Part shown: in pieces, positions 50,875 to 63,346 of the stretch
Layout: each line of letters begins with the position of its first letter
How positions within the stretch are numbered: position 1 is the first letter of the stretch
Source: Alphaproteobacteria bacterium
GTDB taxonomy: Bacteria > Pseudomonadota > Alphaproteobacteria > UBA828
NCBI GenBank assembly: GCA_965237415.1
Contig: CBDEFM010000002.1
Coordinates: forward strand, 3,744,001 to 3,808,000
Direction: 5' to 3'
Length of the DNA stretch: 64,000 bases
Made by a program: the position numbers and the translations under genes
Notes under the pieces: model-generated
What the model was told of the DNA's origin: nothing
Database searches by the model: none
What the model saw: the letters and a program-made list of their open reading frames with translations, nothing else

Positions 50875-52672
50875 CTAGCTTCCTCTGGCAGGGGCGGCGT
50901 CGGGATAGAGCGCCGCCTGGAAGGGCTGCATGCCGACGCGCCGGTATGTCGCGAGAAAGGCTTCGTCCTCATCCGACCGGAGTTTGAGGTAGGTATCGAT
51001 CAGCCGGTCCACAGCAGGGACGACGTCATCTGCGGGAAAGCCCGGTCCCGTGCGGTCGCCGAGTGCAGCGGTTTCCGTTCCGTCACCGCCGAGAGTGATC
51101 TAGTCACCTGAATCTGAAGTTCGCCACATAAAGCTAACTATGTTGAACGACTAAATTCTTCGACAATAGAGCGACTTAGTGTGGCAGCACTGCTAATCTA
51201 TAATGATCTCAACTTCAGTGCCAGATGACTAGTAGTTCTCCACACCGGCACGATCGAGGCCGAGAATGCCGATGTGCCCGACATGGTGGTGCCCGCACGC
51301 ATTGACGCAGCCGGAAATCTTGATCTTGAGATCGCCGACCTGACGTTCGTCCCCGCGTTCCTTCATCCGGGTGGTAATACCCTGGGCGATCGGGATGGAA
51401 CGGGCGGTCGCCAGATTGCAGTAATCCATCCCGGGGCAGGCGATAATGTCCGATGCCAGACCGACATTGGCGGTCGCGAGGTCCGCCTCCCGCAGCGCCG
51501 CATGAACCGCCGGCACATCGCGCCTGTGCACGTGGCAGAATGCAGTTTTGCTCGTGGCTGATCCGGATCTCGTAATGCCCGTACCGCTCCGCCAGATCGG
51601 CGATGGTGCGCATCTGGTCTGCGCTGGCATCGCCCGGCGTTGCGCCATGGGCCTTGAGCGAGATGGTGACGATTGCGTAATCGGGATTCCGGTGCGGGTG
51701 CACGTTTGTGTCCACGAATGCCCGGAACACCGGATCTCTCGCCAGAGCCGCCTCGAAGGGTCCGGTGGGCGCCTGAATGTATGCCGACGCCGCGAACATC
51801 GCGCGTATGTCCTTGAGGAGCTCCTGGTCTGCGCCTCCGAATGCCTTCCGCTGAATCCGGAAGCGTTCCTCGACGCGGTCCCGAAAGGCCTCGATCCCGT
51901 GCTCGCGCACCGTGATCTTGATGCGCGCCTTGAACTTGTTATCGCGCCGCCCGATAGCGTTGTAGACCTGCAGGATGGACTCGACGTAGGGGAGCAGGTC
52001 CGCCTCGGGCAGGAAGTCACGGATGACCGATCCGATCACCGGCGTGCGCCCGAGCCCGCCGCCAACGGAGATTTCGTATCCGATCTCACCGGCCGCATTG
52101 AGGATCATGCGGATGCCGATATCGTGTGCGCGGGTCACGGCGCGGTCGACCGGGGAGCCGCTTACCGCGATCTTGAACTTCCTCGGCAGGAACGCGAATT
52201 CCGGGTGATCCGTCGACCACTGCCGGAGCAGCTCGGCGGTCGGGCGGGGATCGCTGATTTCGTCCGCGGCCGCGCCGGCGAAATGGTCGGCGGTGACGTT
52301 CCGGACGCAATTCCCGGATGTCTGGATCGCGTGCATCTCCACATCCGCGAGAGCGTCGAGGATGTCCGGCACGTCCTTCAGTTTGGGCCAGTTGAACTGG
52401 ACGTTTTGCCGTGTGGTGAAGTGGCCGTAGCCCTTGTCCCAGCGCTCCGCGATATGGGCCAGTCGCCGCATCTGGCGGCTGTCGAGCGTTCCATAGGGGA
52501 TGGCCACACGAAGCATGTAGGCGTGCAGCTGCAGGTAGAGTCCATTCATCAGCCGCAGCGGCTTGAACTCCTCCTCGGTCAGGGAGCCGTCGATCCGGCG
52601 CTCCACCTGCTGGCGGAACTGCGCGACCCGATTGCGCACGAATTCCCGGTCGAAGGTGTCGTATCGGTACAC
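50875..52672 (-). pseudogene. cysI: Sulfite reductase hemoprotein
   Basis: GLYLQLHAYMLR, TSGNC, CPG..YC, SGCVNAC; frameshift near 51535, amber codon and MITE at 51101. Confidence 0.92.
51101..51231. mobile_element. 131-bp IS630-derived MITE, copy 2
   Basis: Exact reverse complement of 12751-12881, TA flanks. Confidence 0.95.
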
Positions 52673-52675
52673 CCT

Positions 52676-52978
52676 TCAGCCCCCTGCTTGCTTGCCGTGG
52701 TGGTAGTTGGAGGGCCCGGTGGCGCGGAACGCCTCCCGGAAGTGGACCGGCTCGGGCCCCTGATGTCCTCCGGGCGCGGCGTCCGCCAGATAGGGGCCGA
52801 TGACGGCGTCCTCCTGCGCTCCGGCTTCCGCGAGGCAGCGGTTTGCCTCCGCCTCGTCCTCGAAGAGGCGCGCGGCACTCAGGCGGCGCGTCCAAGCGCC
52901 ATCCGGATCGAGGTAGACCACATCGCCATCGAAGAGGTCGTTCGCGGTCAGAACGCAGGGCCTGAAGGCGCGGGCCAT
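52676..52978 (-). CDS. DUF2849 protein
   Basis: VLTANDLFDGDVVYL...HFREAFRATGPS. Confidence 0.85.
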   Translation of the reverse strand: MARAFRPCVLTANDLFDGDVVYLDPDGAWTRRLSAARLFEDEAEANRCLAEAGAQEDAVIGPYLADAAPGGHQGPEPVHFREAFRATGPSNYHHGKQAGG

Positions 52979-54381
52979 CAGACAGCCTCCTGCCCGACCT
53001 CGAAGCCCACTTCTGCCTTCCGCATGGCGTCGCGCGGTAGGATGCCGAGCATCAGCACCACCGCCCCCGGAAAGTGCGCTTCGTCCAGCGCTTCGGGCAG
53101 CCGGAGCAGCGTCGTTGCAACGACCCGTTTGTCCGGGCGGGAGGCGTTCTCGACGATCGTGACCGGCGTCGATGGCACGGCCCCGCGCATCAGCAGGCGT
53201 CCCCGCAGGAAGGCGGCCGCCCGTTTGCCCATGTAGATCGCGGCGACGGATCCGGGGCGGGCCAGGGCAGCCCAATCCTGCTCGGCGAACCCATCAACGT
53301 CGCTGCCGGTGAGGATCCGAAGCTCCGAGTTCCGCCCGCGGCGTGTCAGCGAGACCCCCATGTCCGCGGCAGCACCGGCGGCGGCCGTGATTCCCGGAAC
53401 AACCTCCCAAGGGATGCCTTCGGCCTCCAGCGCCTCGATCTCTTCGTCCAGCCTACCGAACACCGCCGGATCGCCGGACTTGAGGCGGACCACATGGCGA
53501 CCCGCGCGGGCCTGGCGAACCATCAGCGCGTTGATGGATCCCTGCTGCCATGCAGGGCCGAAGCCCTTCTTGCCCGCGCAGATCCGCACTGCCTCGCGCC
53601 GCACGAGCTCAAGGACTTGCGGGGAGACAAGCCGGTCATGCACCACGATGTCCGCCTCGTGCAGACGGTTGCGGGCCTTGAGTGTCAGCAGCTCCGGGTC
53701 CCCCGGCCCGGCGCCGACAAGGGAGACCCAGCCGGCGGGGCGACCGCCCTCGGTAGTCTCGTCGAGAAGGGCGCTCAGGCAATCGCGCGCGCCCTTCTCG
53801 CCGTTTCGCGCAAAGGCGCAGGGGCCCTGCCGGGAGAAATACTCGGACCAGAAGGCGTGCTGCATCCGGGCCGGAAGGAGGCGCTCGGCCTGCGGCCGAA
53901 ATGCCTGTGCGATCCGGGCCAACGCCCCGAGTGAGCCCGGCAGCTGGGCCTCGAATACTGCCTTGAGGTTCCGCGCCAGCACCGGCGCCGTCCCTTCGGT
54001 TCCGATGGCCACGGTGAGCGGATCGCGGTCCACGATAGCCGGCGTGATGAAGTCGCTGTCTTCGAGATTATCGACGACGTTGACGGGGATTCTGCGCCGC
54101 CGGGCCAGCGCGGCGGCACGAGCATCCTCCTCGGGATCGTCGCTCGCGCAATAGAGGAGCGCCGCACCCTCCAGGTCCGTGCCCTCTACGCGGCGTTCGT
54201 CGTGGCGCAACGCGCCTTCGCGGTGCCACGACAGGATGTCCGGGTCCGGGTCGGGGCCGAATACGGTGATCTGCGCGTCGGTCTTCAGGAGCAGGCGCAG
54301 CTTGGCCGTCGCAGCGCGCCCCGCGCCGGAAACGACGACACGCCTGCCCGAGAGACGGAGGAAGATGGGGAAATGCTGCAC
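52978..54381 (-). CDS. cysG: Siroheme synthase
   Basis: HFPIFL, PAIVDR, GAGPGDPELLT, RLKSGDP. Confidence 0.93.
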   Translation of the reverse strand: MQHFPIFLRLSGRRVVVSGAGRAATAKLRLLLKTDAQITVFGPDPDPDILSWHREGALRHDERRVEGTDLEGAALLYCASDDPEEDARAAALARRRRIPVNVVDNLEDSDFITPAIVDRDPLTVAIGTEGTAPVLARNLKAVFEAQLPGSLGALARIAQAFRPQAERLLPARMQHAFWSEYFSRQGPCAFARNGEKGARDCLSALLDETTEGGRPAGWVSLVGAGPGDPELLTLKARNRLHEADIVVHDRLVSPQVLELVRREAVRICAGKKGFGPAWQQGSINALMVRQARAGRHVVRLKSGDPAVFGRLDEEIEALEAEGIPWEVVPGITAAAGAAADMGVSLTRRGRNSELRILTGSDVDGFAEQDWAALARPGSVAAIYMGKRAAAFLRGRLLMRGAVPSTPVTIVENASRPDKRVVATTLLRLPEALDEAHFPGAVVLMLGILPRDAMRKAEVGFEVGQEAV

Positions 54382-54526
54382 GGCGGCCACCTGTTGCCGA
54401 TTGCGCTTGGCGTAGGCGGATAGTACATATTTTCTAATAACTTGACAATACGCTTATAAAATAAGGATAAAGTCTATATAATACTACGAATATTAGTACA
54501 TTTTTCTACTTATGGCGGAGGTGGAG

Positions 54527-54988
54527 ATGGCTGTCCAGCTCGATGGCGTCGATCGGAAAATCCTTGCAGCGATGCAGGAGGACGCCTCGCGCTCCCTGGA
54601 CGACATCGCAGAGAGAGCCGGCGCCTCACGCACGCCCGTTTGGCATCGCATTCGCAAGCTCCGGGCTGCGGGGATCATCCGACAGAACACGGTTCTTCTC
54701 GACCCCGACAAGCTGGGGCTGGAGGCGTGCTTCTTTGTGCTCATTCGGACATCCGAACATCAGAAGGAGTGGCAGGACCGGTTCCTGGAGACTCTGAAGG
54801 GACGCCCGGAGGTGATGGAGGCTCACCGTCTGGCGGGTGACGTCGATTACATCCTGAAAGTCCGCGTGAGGAACGCCAGGGCCTATGACGAATTCTACCA
54901 GGCGCTCATTTCGCAGGTGAAGATCTTCAACATCACCGCGCTGCTTTCCATGGAGGAGATCAAGTCGACGACCGTGTTGCCTCTCTGA
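54527..54988 (+). CDS. Lrp/AsnC regulator divergent from the cys operon
   Basis: LDGVDRKIL, HRLAGDVDYILKV, MEEIK. Confidence 0.9.
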   Translation: MAVQLDGVDRKILAAMQEDASRSLDDIAERAGASRTPVWHRIRKLRAAGIIRQNTVLLDPDKLGLEACFFVLIRTSEHQKEWQDRFLETLKGRPEVMEAHRLAGDVDYILKVRVRNARAYDEFYQALISQVKIFNITALLSMEEIKSTTVLPL

Positions 54989-55199
54989 GCGCAAGATGCC
55001 TGCGCAAACCTGCAGACTTGGACCGCCGATATTGAGATTGATCTCGTCGCGGCGGAACGCCAGGCCGTCTATCCTGTGGCGCCGCCCGCCGTGGCGACGA
55101 TCCTGCCGGATCCGCCCCCATCCCATCGATGCGGTCTCATCCTGACACTGTCTCATCCCGACTCTTGACGGGCCGACCGACAATCGCGAACCGAGCGGC

Positions 55200-56625
<1,426 letters not shown>

Positions 56626-56671
56626 GGCCGATCCCGGACCCTATCAAGACCGCGCCCGGGACGCGCGGCGC

Positions 56672-57880
56672 CTACTGGGAGCGCACCAGGACGAGCGGTC
56701 CGTTCGGCATGTCGGGATTGAGCGATATTCGGTGCGCCGGATCGCGAAGCACATGCGCTCTCGCGAACCATCCCATGCGGAAGGTCCTCGGGTTGGGGTG
56801 CGGCGCGGTACACATTGCCTCTGCGCCGGATTCCAGATGGCTCTCGATCAAGCGTTCATACGCGGTGCGGAATTTTTCTGCGATGAAGGGCGCGATCGTG
56901 TGCGAGCCGCTCAGTCCTTCGAAATATCGGCCGGATTCGAAGACCGTCGCGATCGCCTCGGAGAACTCCTTCATTTGGGACGCGGCAACATCGACCATGA
57001 GCCCGCCATGTCCCGGACGCGCTGCGTGGCAGAATGCTGTGTCGGCAATATCGCGTACCGCGCGCTCAAGCTCATCGCCCGCGTCGACATGCCAGTGGGT
57101 GACGTTCCGCAGATGACGATGCACGGGAATTCCGTTGCGTCCGGGTGAGAGCGCGACCATGGCGGCTGTTTCCCGGCTCCCCTGAAAATCTAGCCGCTTC
57201 AAATCGGGTTGGCGCGCCAACGCCATTCCGGCGTCGGAGCCGCTGCCCTGAATCAGATTGAATACACCGCCCGGAGCGCCGGCGCGGTTCAGCGCATCGG
57301 CAAGAAACACAGGCGAGAGCGGCGCCTGGATCGAGGGATGAACGACCGCCGTGTTGCCCGCCGCCAAATCCAAGGCCAGGGTCCGGATGCAGAGCGTGAG
57401 CGGGCTGCTCCAGGACAGGATATGCCCGATTACACCTGGCGCGGTGTCGTCCGACGTCCCGGAAACACCCGTCAATTGCGCCCGGGTCTCGCGGATCGCC
57501 GACAGGGTGTCGTCCCTCGCTGCCTGCTGGGGCAGTCCGGTGTCACGGCAGATGACCGCCGCGACCTGCTCGATCCGGCTGGCAACGTCTTCCAGCGCAC
57601 CGTCGACAATCTCTGCGCGTCGGGGGTCCGAAAGCGGTGCCCAGCGGTCGATGGCGGTGCGGGCCGCTGACATCGCCGCGGCAATATCGCGGTGGGTGGA
57701 GAGCGGGACGGCGGCAATGACGGAGCTGTCGGAAGGATCGTAGATGTCGAACGAATAGCCTTCGCGCGTAAACCTCCAATTGCCGCCGATAAAGTTGCGT
57801 TCGGACTGTTCGTACCAGGGAAGTCCGGCGCCGGCGCTTTCGGTCGAAGCGAACGTGAACGCGCAGCCCGCCGGGGCCAC
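56672..57880 (-). CDS. Degenerate aldehyde-dehydrogenase-like protein, start uncertain
   Basis: [17 protein letters not shown]; no ELGG or GQxC motif. Confidence 0.7.
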   Translation of the reverse strand: MAPAGCAFTFASTESAGAGLPWYEQSERNFIGGNWRFTREGYSFDIYDPSDSSVIAAVPLSTHRDIAAAMSAARTAIDRWAPLSDPRRAEIVDGALEDVASRIEQVAAVICRDTGLPQQAARDDTLSAIRETRAQLTGVSGTSDDTAPGVIGHILSWSSPLTLCIRTLALDLAAGNTAVVHPSIQAPLSPVFLADALNRAGAPGGVFNLIQGSGSDAGMALARQPDLKRLDFQGSRETAAMVALSPGRNGIPVHRHLRNVTHWHVDAGDELERAVRDIADTAFCHAARPGHGGLMVDVAASQMKEFSEAIATVFESGRYFEGLSGSHTIAPFIAEKFRTAYERLIESHLESGAEAMCTAPHPNPRTFRMGWFARAHVLRDPAHRISLNPDMPNGPLVLVRSQ

Positions 57881-58081
57881 CGCTGTGCCCCGGCCGTCCC
57901 CTTACGATATCACTGATCATCCCCGACGAGGCTGGCGGGAGCACTCTTCCCGTTCAACATGTCGTCGCCGACGAGACCCTGCCGGCGGCGCAGCGCTCAC
58001 GGTGGGGGTCGTAGGAACGGCGAAGGGAGAGGGTATGCGGCGGGCCGGCAACCGCGCGGGGCGCGGCTGCCGGGAGCGCCC

Positions 58082-59104
58082 TCAGGCATCGCCGCTCAGG
58101 CCCGCCTGCCACTTCAGTTCGGCCCAGCGCGCCAAGACGTCGTCGGCAATATTCTGGGCCGAAAGACCGTCGACGTTCGCTGCGATCATGTCCGATCCGG
58201 ATGTGATGATCGCCTCCGCATGGCCGTTCCATTTGGCGGCAAAATCGCGCAGGACATCCCGGTTCGCGGCATCCTCGGCGACGATGAGATTCATGGCCGC
58301 GACGGTCCAACGGTCATGTCGCTCGCAATCTTGATAGAGGTTCTCCAGCAGCAGGCCATCGAGCTCGTCGCCGGCCAGGCGCGCTGCGCGCGATAGCTGG
58401 TTGACGAAAAGATTGTCGCAGACCGGCCGGATAATCAGATTGAACGCGACCAGCGCTTCGTCCCACTCATAGACGAGGAGCAGCTTCTCCATGGCCTCGC
58501 GGACGGGCTGCCACGATGGCGCCTCTTCCCAGGTCGCTCGTTCGCCGCTGCCGAAGCCGTGCGACGGATGCTCCGTGCCGAGCTGCCGCGTCCGATAGGC
58601 GATGCGCTGGACGCGGCGAAGCTGATCGGCAACCTGAAACGACGCGCAATCAGCGACATAGGAAGACGCGGCAATCTGTTGGATGTAGGCCGACAGCATC
58701 TGCTGCACGTGCGTCAAATAGCGACAAGGCGTCATTGCCGTGAGCAGGAGCTGCAGGCACTCGTTCGTGAGGCGCCCGTCGCTCGTGTCTTCCTGGGTAA
58801 ATGAGGCAAGAAGCTTGTCGATATAGGCTTCCTGCGTGTCCTGCATCTTGACGTAGCTGTGGTAGGTGACCCGGTCCGGATCGCGGAAGGCATCCCAGTT
58901 CCCGACCTTGATCAAGATATCGTCCCGATATTTTTTGAGCCACACGTTGCCGTGGACGTCCGGCCCCATTTCCAGGGGCGTTTCGCCGGTCGTGTGGTTC
59001 AAGTTGTGGGTGACGATCTCGCAATCGCTGGGCTTGCCGGTCACATCGCCCAACGTGCTCCAGGTCTTCTTCCGCGGGCGCCGGCGTGCTGTTGTTTCGG
59101 CCAT
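58082..59104 (-). CDS. isoE: Diiron monooxygenase beta subunit (IsoE/XamoE-like)
   Basis: WDAFRDPD, QRIAYR, WQPVRE. Confidence 0.88.
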   Translation of the reverse strand: MAETTARRRPRKKTWSTLGDVTGKPSDCEIVTHNLNHTTGETPLEMGPDVHGNVWLKKYRDDILIKVGNWDAFRDPDRVTYHSYVKMQDTQEAYIDKLLASFTQEDTSDGRLTNECLQLLLTAMTPCRYLTHVQQMLSAYIQQIAASSYVADCASFQVADQLRRVQRIAYRTRQLGTEHPSHGFGSGERATWEEAPSWQPVREAMEKLLLVYEWDEALVAFNLIIRPVCDNLFVNQLSRAARLAGDELDGLLLENLYQDCERHDRWTVAAMNLIVAEDAANRDVLRDFAAKWNGHAEAIITSGSDMIAANVDGLSAQNIADDVLARWAELKWQAGLSGDA

Positions 59105-59139
59105 GATTTCCCCCAGTGTCTCTCTCGCTGCTGGAACCG

Positions 59140-59445
59140 TCAGTTGACGTAGTACCAGCGCATCTGCTCCGTGCTCGATTGCATCCGGCCCTTGAAGGAC
59201 GGCATCTCAACCTCAAGCATCGCGAGGTCGAAGGCACGGCCCAGGTGCTTTTCGATCGACGCCTTGGTCAGGACGCAATCGCGCTCTGTATGGATGCGGA
59301 CGTAGTCCTCGCGTTCGAAGACCATCACTTCGCGATCCGGATTGTCGTCGATCACGGCGTCGATCACCGCGTCGGCGAGATCGCCCGTCCGAATGATCGG
59401 GCCGACCAGATTTTCGTCCATATTCGCGAATTCGTCGGAGCTCAT
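59140..59445 (-). CDS. isoD: Monooxygenase coupling protein
   Basis: VGPIIR, DNP, YVRI, MPSFKG. Confidence 0.9.
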   Translation of the reverse strand: MSSDEFANMDENLVGPIIRTGDLADAVIDAVIDDNPDREVMVFEREDYVRIHTERDCVLTKASIEKHLGRAFDLAMLEVEMPSFKGRMQSSTEQMRWYYVN

Positions 59446-59469
59446 CGTCCTCGTTCCTTTCTCGCGCTA

Positions 59470-59832
59470 TCAGGCGTCGGGCTCGGAGCCTATGAAGACG
59501 CGACCGCCTTCCACCTTCACGGGAAACGTCTTCAGGCATTCGGTTGCCGGGTTCACCCCTTGGCCGCCGTCGGCACGAAATTCCCAGAGATGGGCGCGGC
59601 AGATGATGACACCGTCTTCGGTCAACTCTCCGTCTGCCAGCGGCGTGCTCTGATGCGGGCAAATGGCGTCGTAGGCGAAATACCGCCCGCCGTATCGAAC
59701 GAGCAGCACTTCGTGCTCCCCGACATCGAATGCGTCCATGTCGCCATCCCAGAGCTCGTCCTCGGCACAGAGATCGACGTATTCGATGTCGTCGGCCGCC
59801 GCCGCCGTTGCGGTCGCCGCTACTCCTTCCAT
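59470..59832 (-). CDS. isoC: Rieske ferredoxin
   Basis: CPH...CRAH, GVNP. Confidence 0.9.
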   Translation of the reverse strand: MEGVAATATAAAADDIEYVDLCAEDELWDGDMDAFDVGEHEVLLVRYGGRYFAYDAICPHQSTPLADGELTEDGVIICRAHLWEFRADGGQGVNPATECLKTFPVKVEGGRVFIGSEPDA

Positions 59833-60086
59833 CGCACGTCGAACCATTGAAGCGGCAGGATGTCCGTCGTCGCCATAAGCTCTTCGAGGCGCTGATCGCC
59901 CGGCAGGACCTCGCCGTTGAACAGGACCTCGTAGCCCTCGGCTTCCGGGTTTCCTGGCAGGCGCCGGCCCACGCTGTGCACTGCCACCTTTTCCGCGATC
60001 TGGTCGAAGGTGTCCTCGGTATCGACCGCCGCGAGGTGCGGAATGTGGTCGCCGACAAAGCGGCCGGTGATCGGGAAGAGAGCCAT
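59820..60086 (-). CDS. isoB: Monooxygenase gamma subunit
   Basis: MALFPITGRFVGD...HSVGRR. Confidence 0.88.
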   Translation of the reverse strand: MALFPITGRFVGDHIPHLAAVDTEDTFDQIAEKVAVHSVGRRLPGNPEAEGYEVLFNGEVLPGDQRLEELMATTDILPLQWFDVRWKE

Positions 60087-60133
60087 GTCATTACCTCCGC
60101 GCTGGAATTGCGGGTGGACTGGTGCCCTGCCGG

Positions 60134-61627
60134 CTATTCGGCAGCGGCCGGCATGTCCTTGTAGTCCTCGGCCCAGGCGTAGCCGTACACATCGTCGCCC
60201 ATGACGTCGGGCGTGATGCTCATCCACTCCAGCCCGCCCGCGAGGTTCATCGGCTGGATCATGCCGGCGATGAAGCGGTCGACGACGTTCATGTGGCCGG
60301 CGTAACGCTCCGGCTCGAGCTCGAAGATCCACTTCGAAATCTCGCTGTCGAATTGATAGACGCGGCCCTTGTAGATGACCTGGTGGCAGCCGAGATGATG
60401 GCGGTCTATACCGGAGCCGAGAGGCAGCTGCGTGATGTTGCAGAGCGACGGCAGGGTCTCGGGAAAGGTCTTCTCCATATTGCCGTCATTGACGTTCCTG
60501 ATGATCTCGTCCCAAAGATAGCCCCAGCTGTCTTCCCAGGTCGAATACTTCTCGTTGAGCCACTTGCGTTCGGCCTTCGAGACGCCGGCATTGGGCTTCC
60601 AGAAGAGCGTCGGCCGCCAGAACCAGGTGCCGATGTGCATGGAATGGTGCCCGTGATCCAGGGCTACCTGGAACTGCGGCCAGTACCAGGGCTTCTCCAG
60701 CCCATAGTCGCGCAGGATCCGCTCATGGTGTTTGACGATCCATTCGAGCATGAATTCCTTGAACGACATCTTCCGCTTGGCGAGCGGCGTGTAGTAGTCC
60801 ATCGACGTACCGGTCAGCGTCTGGAACAGGCGGAAGGTGCGCCAGAACGAAACGTCCAGGACTTGCTGGGCGCGCTTCGGATCGTGCTTGATGACGACGT
60901 CCAGCGTCGGGAATCCGATCTGGGCATGGCGTGCTTCATCCGTCTGAATGCTTGAGAGCATGTTCGAGAAGTTGACATCGCCCGCCTCCATGGCGTCCGA
61001 CGCCATGGCGATGAACTGGATGTTGGTGAAGCCGTGCTCGACCGTCAGTGAGGTCGCGAGCGACGCCTCCACGCAATCCGCGTTCAGCATCACGTCGTCG
61101 AAGAAATTGCGCACAGCCAGGACGCCCCACTCGTTGGTGTGAAACGCCTTCTGGCACCAGTCGAAGCGCGGATCCTCGTTCAGCAGATCGTGGCTGAAGC
61201 GCATATCCAACTGGGCGTGCCGAATTTCGTCGAGCATTCCGAACGCACAGAGACTGCGCCAGCGGGGGCTCGGCGCGAAGCGGCTGAAGCGGCTCTGCAT
61301 GGTCACCGCCATCTGCTCGACCATGCACGTCGTCCCCATGTGCAGATGGGAGGAGGCCTGGTGCCCTGCGTCGAGCTTGTCGTAGAGCTTGGCCCGCAGC
61401 ATGGCTTCGCGTATGGCGCTGACGCCGGCTTCCTTCTCGCGCTGCACCATCACATATTCGCGGTAGGAAACGCGGTACGGCTCGTCCCAGTCTTCCCAGG
61501 CGTCCAGCGGGATGCCTTTCGCACCGACCCATTCCTCGGGGAAGGCGTCCTCGCGGTCGACGTAACTCAACGTCCAGTCGAGGTCGCGAGAGATGTCGTA
61601 CCAGTCATCGCGATTCAGTAACGCCAT
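60134..61627 (-). CDS. isoA: Isoprene/alkene monooxygenase alpha subunit
   Basis: DEIRH and DEARH; LLNRDDWYD, HLHMGTTCMVE, WRPTLFWKPNAG match recalled IsoA/XamoA. Confidence 0.9.
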   Translation of the reverse strand: MALLNRDDWYDISRDLDWTLSYVDREDAFPEEWVGAKGIPLDAWEDWDEPYRVSYREYVMVQREKEAGVSAIREAMLRAKLYDKLDAGHQASSHLHMGTTCMVEQMAVTMQSRFSRFAPSPRWRSLCAFGMLDEIRHAQLDMRFSHDLLNEDPRFDWCQKAFHTNEWGVLAVRNFFDDVMLNADCVEASLATSLTVEHGFTNIQFIAMASDAMEAGDVNFSNMLSSIQTDEARHAQIGFPTLDVVIKHDPKRAQQVLDVSFWRTFRLFQTLTGTSMDYYTPLAKRKMSFKEFMLEWIVKHHERILRDYGLEKPWYWPQFQVALDHGHHSMHIGTWFWRPTLFWKPNAGVSKAERKWLNEKYSTWEDSWGYLWDEIIRNVNDGNMEKTFPETLPSLCNITQLPLGSGIDRHHLGCHQVIYKGRVYQFDSEISKWIFELEPERYAGHMNVVDRFIAGMIQPMNLAGGLEWMSITPDVMGDDVYGYAWAEDYKDMPAAAE

Positions 61628-61724
61628 CGTTGATTTCCTCCCATACGTGTCGGCCGGTCCGGTCGCTGCATTCCCCGATACGATGCGTGGACCCGATCGC
61701 TCCGGTCCGCGCAGGGCACAGCAG

Positions 61725-62438
61725 TTACACGTCGAAACGCGCCTTCATCCGGTCCAGGTAGCCCGTCAGGTTCGGCTTGCCCGCCGCATAGTCCTTGGTG
61801 TCGAAGTCGAACGGCGTGTCGATGATGTGGCGCAGGCTCGAGGCAACCGCCGCGTCGATCGAGCGGGGCTCGGCGCCCATCAGGAATCCGTCGCCGCCGA
61901 TCCGCGTATCGATCGCGTCGATGTCTTCGCGGGCTCGCCCGTAGATCACGTCGCCCGACATGCGGCCAAAACCGCTGTGCATTAACTGCGTGACGATGCG
62001 GTGGCGGAAATCGTCGGCGAAGGCGCGGAGCGGAGGCGGAATTTCATCGGTGCCGGCGATGAGCCGCAGATAGATTTCAAAGTTCGGAGTCTCGCACCAG
62101 CGCGGCTGGATGACGGTGGTCCAGTAGAGATGCTCGTCGATCAGACGGTTCCAGGCGTGCATGTCCGCCTTCTCGGCAGCGGAGGCGCCTCCGTCCAGCG
62201 AATCGCCGTACTTGCCCTTCTAGTAGTTGATGATGGCCGTGGAATCCGCGACCGACTCATCGCCATCCTCGATCATCGGCAGCTTGCCGTGCGGCGTATC
62301 CTGGTCGAGCCTCGTCAGGTCCTGGTTGACGAACTCGTGCTCGATCCCCGCCATCTTCATGTAGTAGATGACCTTGGTGACATACGGGCTGATGCACGGC
62401 ACCGTCCAGCCTGGCAGATACCCATAGACCTTGATCAT
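61725..62438 (-). pseudogene. isoI: IsoI-type glutathione S-transferase with internal amber stop at 62220-62222
   Basis: VYGY.P.W..P.ISPYVTK, QDL..LDQD.PHGKLP; frame continues INY*KGKYG. Confidence 0.88.
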
Positions 62439-62502
62439 GGTTGTTCCTCCGCTCTGCGCTTTCGCTCGTCAGGCATTCCAGGCGATGCCATAGTTATAGC
62501 CG

Positions 62503-63183
62503 TCACCACGCCAATTCTTCGCCGTTGGCATGCCAAAACCGGCCCGATGTCTCGAGGCTGAGGGCATCCATCCGCCGGATCAGCCCCTCCGCCGCCTCAT
62601 CCGGCGTGATGTATTCGAAGTCTCCCGGAATATCCTTGGTGAGGTCGGTCGCCACCATACCGGGATGCAGCGCCGCCACGGCGATGCCGCGCGCCGACAA
62701 GTCATGGTGGAGATTGAGGGTCACCATGTTGGCGCCCGCCTTCGAGGCGCGATAGGCGTACATCTGCCCGGAGCCGTTATCGGAAAGCGAGCCGACGCGG
62801 CTGGTAATCACGCCCACCTTGGCGTTCGCTGCCAGATAGGGGAGCGACGCCTCGATGGCCCGCAGGGGGCCGATGGTGTTGATCTCGATCTGCCGGCGCA
62901 GGTCGTCATAGTCGATCTTGCCCAGCTCATCGAGGCCGAGCACGCCGGCGACGTGGACGAGACAATCGATCTTGTCGTCGCGGCTGGCCAGCGCCTCCGC
63001 CATGTTCACCACCGCGGCTGCGGAGGTCACGTCGACGTTGGGGATCACGTCGATGCCGGCGCCGTTATAAGCCTCTCCCGGACCCAGGCAGACCGACACC
63101 ACCGTCTCCCCCCGCGCGGCCAATTGCCGGCAAATGGAAAGGCCGATCCCGCGATCAGCACCGATGATCAGATAAGTTGCCAT
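62503..63183 (-). CDS. isoH: IsoH-type SDR dehydrogenase
   Basis: GADRGIG, RRQIEINT.GPLR, SRVGSL.DN, HPGMVATDLTKD. Confidence 0.88.
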   Translation of the reverse strand: MATYLIIGADRGIGLSICRQLAARGETVVSVCLGPGEAYNGAGIDVIPNVDVTSAAAVVNMAEALASRDDKIDCLVHVAGVLGLDELGKIDYDDLRRQIEINTIGPLRAIEASLPYLAANAKVGVITSRVGSLSDNGSGQMYAYRASKAGANMVTLNLHHDLSARGIAVAALHPGMVATDLTKDIPGDFEYITPDEAAEGLIRRMDALSLETSGRFWHANGEELAW

Positions 63184-63229
63184 TCAGCCGCTCACCCCTG
63201 CTTCGGCCGATACCGGATCTCGCTTTACC

Positions 63230-63346
63230 CTAGGAGCCTGCGCCGCAGAACGCTTTTGGGCACCTTCAGACACCATAGGTAGTGGTGACGAATGATCTGA
63301 TACTACTACATATAGTAGTCAATTTTCCTACGGCGCAGGCTCCTAG
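63230..63346. mobile_element. 117-bp MITE sharing ends with the adjacent IS
   Basis: CTAGGAGCCTGCGCCG...CGGCGCAGGCTCCTAG. Confidence 0.9.

Noticed and set aside
57881-58081. isoF remnant
   Set aside because: No ferredoxin or reductase motif recognised in any frame.
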